IMG/VR virus record: IMGVR_UViG_2923302340_000001
DNA length: 48,684 nt
DNA from: a virus
Lineage: Duplodnaviria > Heunggongvirae > Uroviricota > Caudoviricetes
Direction: 5' to 3' (one strand)
Positions within the stretch are counted from its first letter, which is position 1; each line of letters begins with the position of its first letter. The position numbers were made by a program, and so were the translations under genes. The notes below the pieces were generated by a model that did not search any database, was not told the origin of the DNA, and saw nothing but the letters and a program-made list of their open reading frames with translations. Shown in pieces: positions 10,218 to 17,857 of the stretch.

Positions 10218-10420
10218 ACAGGAAGATAGTTTTTCCTGCGATGATGCCCTATCTACGCTTTACCGCAGGTTTCCGGCTGGGAATCATTGACTGGAGTTAG
10301 GCCAGTAGTATGATGCTCGCAACACGAGATCCGATTTAGATCCTTTTACTGGTGGATTATCGTTCGATTAGCGAGAGACTTCGTGCATGACCGAAAGTGT
10401 TGTGGTAGAGTTCTCTTAAA

Positions 10421-10435
10421 ACCACGTAACGTGGT
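10421..10435. promoter_or_regulatory. ACCAC-N5-GTGGT palindrome (same motif as cI-cro operators) upstream of replicon
   Basis: ACCACGTAACGTGGT, perfect 5-bp arms with 5-bp spacer. Confidence 0.35.
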
Positions 10436-10475
10436 TACGATTGTGGGTGTCTGGTTGGAAACTGACCAGATATGG

Positions 10476-10600
10476 AAACAAAAAGCCCGCAGATAAATCT
10501 GCGGGCTTCTTGCGACATCCACGGAAAACCAACAAAACAATCCATGGGCGCCTCGACAACTCCCATTATACGTTGGTTTTCCGTGGACGCAAGAGCGAAC
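10476..10600 (-). ncRNA. candidate antisense RNA (CopA-like) opposite the repA leader
   Basis: Minus-strand intrinsic terminator (GCCCGCAG-ATAAAT-CTGCGGGC then T-run, 10476..10506) and 15-bp perfect stem 10519..10533 / 10572..10586 directly upstream of repA start. Confidence 0.3.
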
Positions 10601-10602
10601 AT

Positions 10603-11451
10603 ATGGATAGACCAATGCCGTCTCTACGTTCAGCTTACGTTTGTAATTTGTCGCCGGAGTTCCAGCCTCCAAAGCACCATACGCACAAGCTGCCGCTGGT
10701 GTTATCTGATGCTTTACAGCGCATTTATGGGCGTGATCTTACGTGTGAGGTTGCGTTCTACGTTAATCAACCGTCAGAGCGGAAGCGCCGGATAAACGAG
10801 CATCGTCGTCGGGCGATTAATGCTGTGATTGCTGCGATTTTGCACCATGTAAACATCATTTCTAAGCGGGTTCTGGCCAGTGCTGAGGCGTTGGCTGATT
10901 TTTGCGGCCTGTCTACCGTATCCGAAGCTGGGAACAAATCTATAACGCGCTGTACAAGGGCGTTGTCGCAACTGAAAGCGTTAGGTTTTATTGATTATGA
11001 ACGTCGCTGGGATCGGGTGAATAAACAGTATTGGCCAGCGAAAATAGAGATTCGTGATCAACTGCTGGAAACAGTTGGTATTACTGAACAAGCATGGAGA
11101 CGTGCGGTTAGCCAGAAACTTAATTACTTCAATGCGAAGAATAGCGAACGGCTTAAAAAAGCGATAACGGAGGCTGATTATAAGCGTATTGTTATTCAGG
11201 AGCAGATGGAGAATGTATGGCGTCAGAGGAAGACGGCCAGAGAGATAAAGGCAAAACAGAAAGCAGCGGAGAGAGCTGCGCGTCTTGTTCGGGAAAAGGG
11301 AGAGGCCGAACTTCGTCATCAAATCACTAGAGAGGTTAGCCAGGAATTTGCTGATGGCATGTATCCAGGTGCTGACCTTGCATATTTACGCTCCCTCGTT
11401 GATCAGCGTTATAACAGGCTAAGAAAGACCTGGACATCACTCCAACATTAA
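10603..11451 (+). CDS. repA: replication initiator RepA, IncFII RepA1-like
   Basis: ...RRRAINAVIAAILHH...CGLSTVSEAGNKSITRCTRALSQLKALGFIDYER... resembles RepA1 of IncFII plasmids (recollection); track start 10441 is an in-frame upstream extension; ATG at 10603 or 10615. Confidence 0.7.
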   Translation: MDRPMPSLRSAYVCNLSPEFQPPKHHTHKLPLVLSDALQRIYGRDLTCEVAFYVNQPSERKRRINEHRRRAINAVIAAILHHVNIISKRVLASAEALADFCGLSTVSEAGNKSITRCTRALSQLKALGFIDYERRWDRVNKQYWPAKIEIRDQLLETVGITEQAWRRAVSQKLNYFNAKNSERLKKAITEADYKRIVIQEQMENVWRQRKTAREIKAKQKAAERAARLVREKGEAELRHQITREVSQEFADGMYPGADLAYLRSLVDQRYNRLRKTWTSLQH

Positions 11452-11486
11452 CCCACCTGAATGATGAATCCGGTTTTACCGGAGGA

Positions 11487-11700
11487 TTATCCACGTCGCA
11501 ATAAAATAGCTGTTCAAAAAACAAGCTAAATTAATTTTCTCTAAACCTGAACACAGCGAAAATATCGTCTTTACAGGCATCAACTAATCAAGTTATCCAC
11601 AGTTTTGATATGTATATGCAAATGGTTTTTTATAATAGATGCACTAAACAAATAAATGCAAAATCACTTTCTTTTATTAAAACTTTCTTTATTTAACTTA
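11487..11700. other. putative plasmid origin (oriR-like)
   Basis: DnaA-box-like TTATCCACG (11487..11495) and perfect TTATCCACA (11593..11601) followed by ~100 bp AT-rich DNA, directly downstream of repA. Confidence 0.4.
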
Positions 11701-11703
11701 CGC

Positions 11704-11895
11704 AGGCTTTGCCTGTGAATATGTTCGCCCTTGCAGCGAGCTAAAGCTCGCGCCGGTTCGAGTCGCTACGCTCAAATATACCTCCTCCGGCAGCTGCCGG
11801 AGGCATGGAGTAGCCTGATCATCCTTTTCGAAACGGCGCGTTTCGAACTATACAAAATCAATTTATATAAGGCCGAAATAAGGCCTACGGCCGGG
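11704..11895. repeat. cluster of GC-rich palindromes/hairpins
   Basis: GCGAGC-TAAA-GCTCGC (11736..11751), perfect 20-bp palindrome CCTCCGGCAGCTGCCGGAGG (11784..11803), TTCGAAAC-GGCGC-GTTTCGAA (11827..11847), GGCC..GGCC (11871..11885). Confidence 0.6.
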
Positions 11896-12082
11896 CTTTG
11901 CAGGAGGAAGGGGCGAGCATTATCAATAAACGTCGATAAATACGCACACAGTAGCCATCAGAACGCGATAAAACGTAAGAAACATCATTTCCTATTAGAC
12001 ATAGAAAACTTGTCTTATACGCAATGTAGTAAATTTCTATTGCCACATAGGAAAAGATTTCCTATCATCGTAGATATAATAA

Positions 12083-12382
12083 ATGGAGATGGTTATGGAT
12101 AAAGATACTGTTTTAAAAATGTTGAATCCGGCTTGTTTAAAAAAAGCGGATGAATGGGAATCTCCTACATGTGGAGAAGTTCGGGCAGTCATTGGCCTGA
12201 CCGGAATGAGCGGCTCGCAGTTGGCCAAAAAACTTGGCTTAAAAGATAGTCGCAATGTTCGCAACTGGCAGATGTTAAAGGAGTCCACATCCAGATCCAG
12301 CATTCCGTATGCAGCCTGGGCGCTGCTGTGTTACTTCGCTGGATTAGGGTTAATCTTCATTGATAACAAAACAGATGTTTGA
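12083..12382 (+). CDS. hypothetical protein with HTH-like segment and hydrophobic C-terminus
   Basis: 99 aa; ...GLTGMSGSQLAKKLGL... HTH-like; C-terminal ...AAWALLCYFAGLGLIF. Confidence 0.3.
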   Translation: MEMVMDKDTVLKMLNPACLKKADEWESPTCGEVRAVIGLTGMSGSQLAKKLGLKDSRNVRNWQMLKESTSRSSIPYAAWALLCYFAGLGLIFIDNKTDV

Positions 12383-12669
12383 AACATGCAAATATGAGGT
12401 TTGTTATGGAACTTGTACGCAAAACACGCAAAGAGTTCTTGGACCTGTATCGCATGGGAGCTTTCACTTGTGTTGTGGCTACCCAGGACGAAGTGACAAA
12501 AAGCTGGCGGCTTTTTGCTCTCAATAAAAAAGGGATTGCCGTTTTCATTGAAAAAGCCCGTGGTGGTATCCGCGAATGGGCTGGATTGAATTATGTGGCT
12601 GATTTTTGCGCAGCTATGGGGATTCGGCGCTGGGAAGTCCATATGCCAGGAGTAAAGTCACAAAAATAG
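12379..12669 (+). CDS. hypothetical protein
   Basis: TTG start in track; ATG alternatives at 12394 and 12406 (GAGG 7 nt upstream of 12406). Confidence 0.3.
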   Translation: MKHANMRFVMELVRKTRKEFLDLYRMGAFTCVVATQDEVTKSWRLFALNKKGIAVFIEKARGGIREWAGLNYVADFCAAMGIRRWEVHMPGVKSQK

Positions 12670-12859
12670 GGCTTTCGCGTCGAAAATGAGGCGAAACTGA
12701 AAACGAGATTTTATTAACAAATAAGCAACATAAAAAACGGTGGAAAACGCCCAGGAAAACATGATCTTTTGAGCGGATTTTTTAGATCCGACAATGAACG
12801 GTGATCCGATGGTGCCGATAACGTCCATTATGTTAAATAGCCCCGTTTTTCTTGAAATT

Positions 12860-12903
12860 ATAACCTACGGGTTATATAGTTAGTGATATAAACTACAGGT
12901 TAT
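12860..12903. promoter_or_regulatory. palindromic operator-like sites upstream of toxin-antitoxin operon
   Basis: ATAACC-TACG-GGTTAT (12860..12875) and degenerate repeat TATAAAC..GGTTATA just before the toxin start. Confidence 0.3.
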
Positions 12904-12913
12904 AGGATTGAGC

Positions 12914-13261
12914 ATGTGGACGGTACTTTTTAGCCAGCGATTTGACGACTGGCTAAATGAGCAAGAAGACGCTCTTCAGGAAAAGGTTTTGGCTGATTTG
13001 AAAAAGCTACAGGTTTACGGACCTGAGTTACCCAGGCCATATGCCGATACCGTAAAAGGTTCTCGGTACAAAAATATGAAAGAGCTTCGCGTTCAGTTTT
13101 CTGGCCGTCCGATAAGAGCCTTTTATGCGTTCGATCCGATTCGCCGGGCCATCGTTCTTTGTGCAGGAGACAAAAGTAACGATAAGCGGTTTTATGAAAA
13201 ACTGGTGCGTATAGCTGAGGATGAGTTTGCAGCACATCTGAACACACTGGAGAGCAAGTAA
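12914..13261 (+). CDS. type II toxin, RelE/HigB-like (addiction-module killer)
   Basis: ...GSRYKNMKELRVQFSGRPIRAFYAFDPIRRAIVLCAGDK...; toxin-first order; stop overlaps antitoxin ATG (TAATG). Confidence 0.55.
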   Translation: MWTVLFSQRFDDWLNEQEDALQEKVLADLKKLQVYGPELPRPYADTVKGSRYKNMKELRVQFSGRPIRAFYAFDPIRRAIVLCAGDKSNDKRFYEKLVRIAEDEFAAHLNTLESK

Positions 13262-13560
13262 TGAGAACATTAGATGAGGTGATTGCCAGCCGTTCACCTG
13301 AAAGCCAGGCGCGAATTAAAGAAATGGCAGATGAGATGATTCTTGAGGTCGGCTTGCAGATGATGCGTGAAGAACTCCAGTTATCACAAAAACAGGTTGC
13401 TGAGGCGATGGGTATAAGCCAGCCAGCAGTAACAAAGCTGGAGCAGCGCGGAAATGATTTAAAGCTGGCGACATTAAAGCGTTACGTTGAAGCTATGGGA
13501 GGCAAATTAAGCCTGGATGTTGAGCTTCCTACAGGAAAGCGAGTAGCGTTCCATGTCTAA
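13261..13560 (+). CDS. HigA-like HTH antitoxin (XRE family)
   Basis: 99 aa; HTH ...SQKQVAEAMGISQPAVTKLE... Confidence 0.55.
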   Translation: MRTLDEVIASRSPESQARIKEMADEMILEVGLQMMREELQLSQKQVAEAMGISQPAVTKLEQRGNDLKLATLKRYVEAMGGKLSLDVELPTGKRVAFHV

Positions 13561-13568
13561 CATAATGT

Positions 13569-13587
13569 AAGGCCCCATTGGGGCCTT
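13569..13587. terminator. bidirectional intrinsic terminator
   Basis: AAGGCCCC-ATT-GGGGCCTT between convergent genes. Confidence 0.5.
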
Positions 13588-13593
13588 ACTTAT

Positions 13594-13878
13594 TTACTTA
13601 CCATTTTTGCGGTTTTTTTCGGACTTCATAAGCTGGCTAACGCGCCCTGGTGTGATATTTAACATGCGGCTTACTTCAGCTTGTGATCCTACTTCCTCTA
13701 CTAGCGATGCAACATAGCGAGATTTTCCTGAGGAGGTTAATCCATTATATGTTGCTCGTACGACTTTTCCCTGAGCTTCTCTCATATCAACTAATGCCTG
13801 AGCAACCTGCTCAAAACCTTTAATTGTTACTTCTGTTAATGCTCGAATAGCATCAATTTCAGATTTTTGTTTAGCCAT
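13594..13878 (-). CDS. small HTH DNA-binding protein
   Basis: ATG at 13878 (MAKQKSEIDA...); ...SQAEVSRMLNITPGRVSQLM... HTH. Confidence 0.4.
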   Translation of the reverse strand: MAKQKSEIDAIRALTEVTIKGFEQVAQALVDMREAQGKVVRATYNGLTSSGKSRYVASLVEEVGSQAEVSRMLNITPGRVSQLMKSEKNRKNGK

Positions 13879-13925
13879 TTGGCACCTCAAATTGTTTAAA
13901 ATGTGTTAATTACAAAATTCAGCCG

Positions 13926-13944
13926 ATACCATGTTCAATGGTAT
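13926..13944. promoter_or_regulatory. palindrome ATACCAT-GTTCA-ATGGTAT upstream of 13594..13878
   Basis: 7-bp perfect arms in the promoter region of the minus-strand HTH gene. Confidence 0.3.
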
Positions 13945-14034
13945 AGCATTGCTGAAATGTCTTTTTCAAGACCTTGCCAATAAGCTAAACAAAAATGTTT
14001 AATGCTTCGCCTAAAAAAACACCAGTTACTATTA

Positions 14035-14145
14035 TTTATATAATTATAGATTTATATAAAAAGTGCTTTACATGTGGGAAAAAATTTCCTAAGGTTATAC
14101 CCGAAACCGAGCGATACCCGCCCTGGTTAAACCGGAGATAACCCG
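14035..14145 (+). promoter_or_regulatory. repeated promoter/leader cassette, copy 1
   Basis: ~110 bp nearly identical to 23415..23525 and 30666..30775: AT palindrome, TTTATATAAA, TTTACA-17 nt-TAAGGT, conserved leader ACCCGAAACCGAGCGATACCCGCCCTGGTTAAACCGGAGA, then ATG. Confidence 0.45.
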
Positions 14146-14526
14146 ATGAGCATGATTAAAATCCGCAAAAACGCTTTCCTTAAAATTCAAACTATCCTGG
14201 CTGGTTCTGTTGGCGTGATTTGCCGTTCTTCCTCAAGCCGCATCGATGACGGCTACGATGATGAGTATCGTGTGTCCTCATGCGATGAGGCTTTAACCTG
14301 GCTGAAGGAGAATCAGGAACGTGCCCAGGTATATCTGGAAACAGAGAACGGCAATCAGATGCTGCGTATTAGCGGTCGTTATGGATTTGAAACTACATTC
14401 ATGGCCTATTTTAATCAGGCTTACTTTGACAAGGAGTTGGCTTGGTACACTGATCGCATGAGCAAAAGCGAGCCAGCCCCGATTACACCGCCGAACAATA
14501 AACCATTTTTATTCCTCGTTAAGTAA
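14146..14526 (+). CDS. hypothetical protein (first gene behind cassette copy 1)
   Basis: 126 aa; no motif recognised. Confidence 0.35.
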   Translation: MSMIKIRKNAFLKIQTILAGSVGVICRSSSSRIDDGYDDEYRVSSCDEALTWLKENQERAQVYLETENGNQMLRISGRYGFETTFMAYFNQAYFDKELAWYTDRMSKSEPAPITPPNNKPFLFLVK

Positions 14527-14534
14527 ACACAATG

Positions 14535-14561
14535 CGCAAAGTGTCATTTTGACACTTTGCG
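14535..14561. promoter_or_regulatory. 27-bp palindrome CGCAAAGTGTCA-TTT-TGACACTTTGCG
   Basis: 12-bp perfect arms, between 14146..14526 and the HTH gene. Confidence 0.4.
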
Positions 14562-14589
14562 AGTGTTAATATTGTGCGAGGAGGGTGCT

Positions 14590-14862
14590 ATGACGGGTTA
14601 TGAATTGAAATTATGGCGTCGTGGGATGAACTGGACGCAGGAGCGAGCCGCCGAAGAATTTGGGATATCGTTGGCTACATATAAGCGATATGAGAAGGGG
14701 GAGCCGCCGAGGGTCATTGAGATGGCCATTCGCGTTCTGTCGTTTGACGATATGGTGAAGGATCTTTCACACCTTGATAAAGACGCGATTCTGTTAAGGC
14801 TGCAAACCCTTGTATGGGAAAAGGTTAAAGTGTCGTCAGAATTGGAACAAGGGATCAAATGA
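14590..14862 (+). CDS. XRE-family HTH protein
   Basis: AGGAGG-type RBS upstream of ATG 14590; ...WTQERAAEEFGISLATYKRYEKG... Confidence 0.45.
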   Translation: MTGYELKLWRRGMNWTQERAAEEFGISLATYKRYEKGEPPRVIEMAIRVLSFDDMVKDLSHLDKDAILLRLQTLVWEKVKVSSELEQGIK

Positions 14863-14910
14863 TCCTTTACGGATCGTTTTATGGTGGTGTAATGTAAGCG
14901 CCAGAAAGAC

Positions 14911-14936
14911 AAAAACCGCCTTGCCGGGCGGTTTTC
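14911..14936. terminator. bidirectional intrinsic terminator
   Basis: AACCGCC-TTGCCG-GGCGGTT flanked by A5 and T4. Confidence 0.55.
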
Positions 14937-15497
14937 AGTCTGAAATTTAAATCTTGCTTGGTAGGCTGGATTTAAAAAGACACCTCTTGATTGGGGCGGC
15001 TTTCTTGCGTCTAAAGATAATCAAATCTTTTTGCGCCTGCAACCCCTTTTTTACTGGTGCCCATTTCAGACTCACGCTCGCGTCGTTGTCTTTGCCACTT
15101 CGTTGGGTTCGGTGTTTTTGGGCGAAGTGGCGCGCGGGTATGCGTACAAGGGGAAAGTGTGCTGACGCAAGCCAGGAACAGCGATCTAAACTAAGTCGAG
15201 TCTGAGAAAGGCAGGAGTGCGACAACTCGCCTGTGCTCTATGAGCAGAAGAAGGTATATCAGACGACCAATGGCATGATTGTGGGCCACAGGGCGCACAC
15301 GGCGGCGAAGCATTGGAAACGATGTGGAGCTATCTGGTGGCATGAGTTCCGGTACTCGATCTCGAGCTTTTTTTGATGCTTTTGAGAAGGGGCCGGAACT
15401 CCGGTAAAGGGCACCCTGTATGGGGGGAGGGGGGGTTGTGTCTAAAGGAAGATCCAATACGATATTGCTTTACCCTTATATCTAAAAGGAGATTTCT

Positions 15498-16133
15498 ATG
15501 GGGATGCTGGTGGCGTTTATTATTAGCCTGATTTTGTGTTTCTTCGTAGTTCGTGGTGCATATCGGAAACAATGTGGCCCATCTTCTGGTAGTAAGTTCA
15601 AAGCTGTTTTAGTGAGTGGGTTTCTTGGGATTGCTACTTTTGTTGTTGTTAATACTCTTGCTGCTGTGGCCTTGATTCCAGAAGACTCCGGCACTACGGC
15701 TACTACCGGAGCTGCTTTCGATGGCGTGACCGTAGATAAGTTTAAGCAGCTATATAATGATGACCTTGAAGGTATCGCTACATCAGGAAAATCCACCTCC
15801 ACTATAAGAATTAAGTCAGTTAAACAAGGTAACAACACCGTTGAATTTGCCATCAATTCATCTGTTAACGGTCGAGCTAGAGTTGATAAGGATGGGAAGA
15901 TTTCAGAGTTATTATGGCGAGTATCTAAGCCTAGCTCTGATTCCTTGCTTTCTATGGCCGTAGCTGTTGAAGTCTTGGATGCATCAAGTGATAGAGACAC
16001 AGTGATCGCGCAGTTAGAGCAGATTGTTAAATCTGATACGCAGAAAGCTGAGTTTAAGACTAAGAGAGGCGAGTATTACGTTTCTCGTGACAAATCAGGG
16101 CACGTGTCGCTACTGATTACACCGAAATATTAA
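15498..16133 (+). CDS. membrane-anchored protein, unknown function
   Basis: AAAGGAG RBS; N-terminal hydrophobic helix LVAFIISLILCFFVV plus a second hydrophobic stretch; rest hydrophilic. Confidence 0.4.
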   Translation: MGMLVAFIISLILCFFVVRGAYRKQCGPSSGSKFKAVLVSGFLGIATFVVVNTLAAVALIPEDSGTTATTGAAFDGVTVDKFKQLYNDDLEGIATSGKSTSTIRIKSVKQGNNTVEFAINSSVNGRARVDKDGKISELLWRVSKPSSDSLLSMAVAVEVLDASSDRDTVIAQLEQIVKSDTQKAEFKTKRGEYYVSRDKSGHVSLLITPKY

Positions 16134-16144
16134 GAATTGAAGAA

Positions 16145-16169
16145 GCGCCCAAATCGGGCGCTTTGTTTT
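16145..16169. terminator. intrinsic terminator
   Basis: GCGCCC-AAATC-GGGCGC followed by TTTGTTTT. Confidence 0.5.
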
Positions 16170-17310
16170 ATGGTTTTGCACCTGCGGCCAGTTTATCCGC
16201 AGATATCTTTATCAGTTCCTGTAGTGTCCTGGCTGGTAGGTTTGCATCCAGTACGCTGAGTATGCTGTTGTGATCTGCCTGGTCGACTACTTTGCCTGTC
16301 GGTGGTAGTAGCTTGAGCTGAGGATTCAGGTTTTCGTCAAAGCTGATCAGTGCTCTGGCGTTTCTGAGCAGATCAAGAAGTAAGGCTGATATCACATCAT
16401 CTTTAGTCATTGTTGGTAGATTTAGTGCCGCTTTAGTTTTCTCCGTCGCCTTGTCAAACTCTTTGATTAGTGTCTTGCGGTAGTTTGGTTCCGTTAATAG
16501 CCGATGATGTTCTGTTGCCGTTCGGATAATCTTTGTTTCCTGATACAGTCGGTTGTATAGCATTCGCTCGTATTCTGCCTTTAACACGCTGCTGATAGCG
16601 TTAAAGGCTTCAATGTAGGCCAGCTTGATATCCTTCACGCCTGGACCGTCGATACTTTCCATGAGCAAGGTAAATCCGTCTTTTGTCATGCGATAGATTG
16701 TTATTTCGCGGTCGCTTCCTTCCAGCGGTCGTTGCTCTTTAAAGAAATGACGTGCCGCAGCTGTACGAGGAATGCGTAACGCATCGATGGCCATAACGAT
16801 GGAATTGTTTGTGGTGCTGAATGCCTGGGCTACATCGGCTGAGGTTGTGAGTGGCTCGTTGTTGCACACCTTAACGTAATACATTGGTTTGGCGTTGAGT
16901 GTATCGACAACCTCACGAGCATTGTTTGGCGAGACGGTTACGGTCGCGGCCGTTTGCGCGTTCTGGTTGAAATAGCAGTCTTCCAGCCGTTCGAATACAT
17001 CCCACGCCTGATCGGTTTCGAGCATTTTAGCGTGACGTGCAGCCCCGCGTTCGGTCCAGAGAATTAGGGAGCGGGCATTTTTACCAACTAACCCGATTGT
17101 TTCGGGTCTGTTCTTGAACTCGCGTAATTCGTTTTTTTCAATTTTAAAGTAATGCTTTCCGGCTACGAATCGCGTCGTGTTGTTCAGAAAGTTATCAGAA
17201 ATGTTTTTGATTTTCGTTCCGTATAACTGCGCCAGAAGTTCACTAGTGATAACGGGGATCTGGTTATGCAGGATAGGCTGTAGGGTGTTAACGGTCGGAA
17301 GCGTTTTCAT
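16168..17310 (-). CDS. antirepressor-like protein (KilA-N/ORF6N-type N-terminal domain plus Rha-like domain)
   Basis: 380 aa; N-terminus ...PVITSELLAQLYGTKIKNISDNFLNNTTRFVAGKHYF...; domain calls by recollection. Confidence 0.55.
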   Translation of the reverse strand: MKTLPTVNTLQPILHNQIPVITSELLAQLYGTKIKNISDNFLNNTTRFVAGKHYFKIEKNELREFKNRPETIGLVGKNARSLILWTERGAARHAKMLETDQAWDVFERLEDCYFNQNAQTAATVTVSPNNAREVVDTLNAKPMYYVKVCNNEPLTTSADVAQAFSTTNNSIVMAIDALRIPRTAAARHFFKEQRPLEGSDREITIYRMTKDGFTLLMESIDGPGVKDIKLAYIEAFNAISSVLKAEYERMLYNRLYQETKIIRTATEHHRLLTEPNYRKTLIKEFDKATEKTKAALNLPTMTKDDVISALLLDLLRNARALISFDENLNPQLKLLPPTGKVVDQADHNSILSVLDANLPARTLQELIKISADKLAAGAKP

Positions 17311-17498
17311 TTTGCACCTCCCATAACTACTTTGGTTACGAGGGAGATTTTTGCGTCAGAAACAGCGTTATCGTTGCTGGCGATGCGCATAGCTTCGCGC
17401 TCGATGATTTCAGCCAGGCGGAATTTATCGGCGTATGAGGCTTTCTTGAGAAGGATCTTTACGAGGTTGACGTAATAGTCATGGGGTAAGTTTGTCAT
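17307..17498 (-). CDS. small protein translationally coupled upstream of antirepressor
   Basis: 63 aa; ATGA overlap with 16168..17310. Confidence 0.3.
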   Translation of the reverse strand: MTNLPHDYYVNLVKILLKKASYADKFRLAEIIEREAMRIASNDNAVSDAKISLVTKVVMGGAK

Positions 17499-17662
17499 GG
17501 TGATAGTTCCCTTAAAGGTTAAGGATACTCACCACCGTCTGGTTCCAATCATTGGGTGGTGAGACGTACAGGGTTGGAACTACCGGTCACCATGGAATCC
17601 GGCGAGTCTTACGACTCCCCCGCACGCCCCACCATAATTTGGGTGTAGCAGTGCTTTACGCA

Positions 17663-17683
17663 TAAAAAAACCGCTAACGCGGT
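17663..17683 (-). terminator. candidate intrinsic terminator (minus strand)
   Basis: ACCGC-TAAC-GCGGT followed on the minus strand by T7. Confidence 0.4.
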
Positions 17684-17828
17684 ATGCGCCATGATGATTA
17701 TCGGGGTTCCAATCCCGACCGTAGATTTTGCTACGGCTCGGAAAGTGTCCACCAATGGCGCATTCATGTCAATACGGCGGGATTTTAACAGAGACAACCA
17801 CATAGCGTGGGTTTATTGGTAGGCAGAA

Positions 17829-17857
17829 ACAAAAAAACCGCCCTATTGAGGACGGTT
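17829..17857 (-). terminator. candidate intrinsic terminator (minus strand)
   Basis: AACCGCCC-TATTGA-GGACGGTT followed on the minus strand by T7GTTT. Confidence 0.4.

Noticed and set aside
10441-10602. Upstream extension of the RepA ORF (track start 10441) and ORF 10472..10795
   Set aside because: Would translate through the antisense terminator and stem-loop of the replicon control region; RepA homology begins after 10603.
11731-12102. 123-aa ORF across the palindrome cluster
   Set aside because: Coding frame runs through four perfect palindromes and Arg/Ala-rich low-complexity translation; more likely structural DNA/RNA.
15191-16000. Minus-strand ORFs 15191..15457, 15330..15572, 15482..16000
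   Set aside because: Overlap the structured non-coding region and the plus-strand membrane-protein gene; no start context; the region is better explained by RNA structure.
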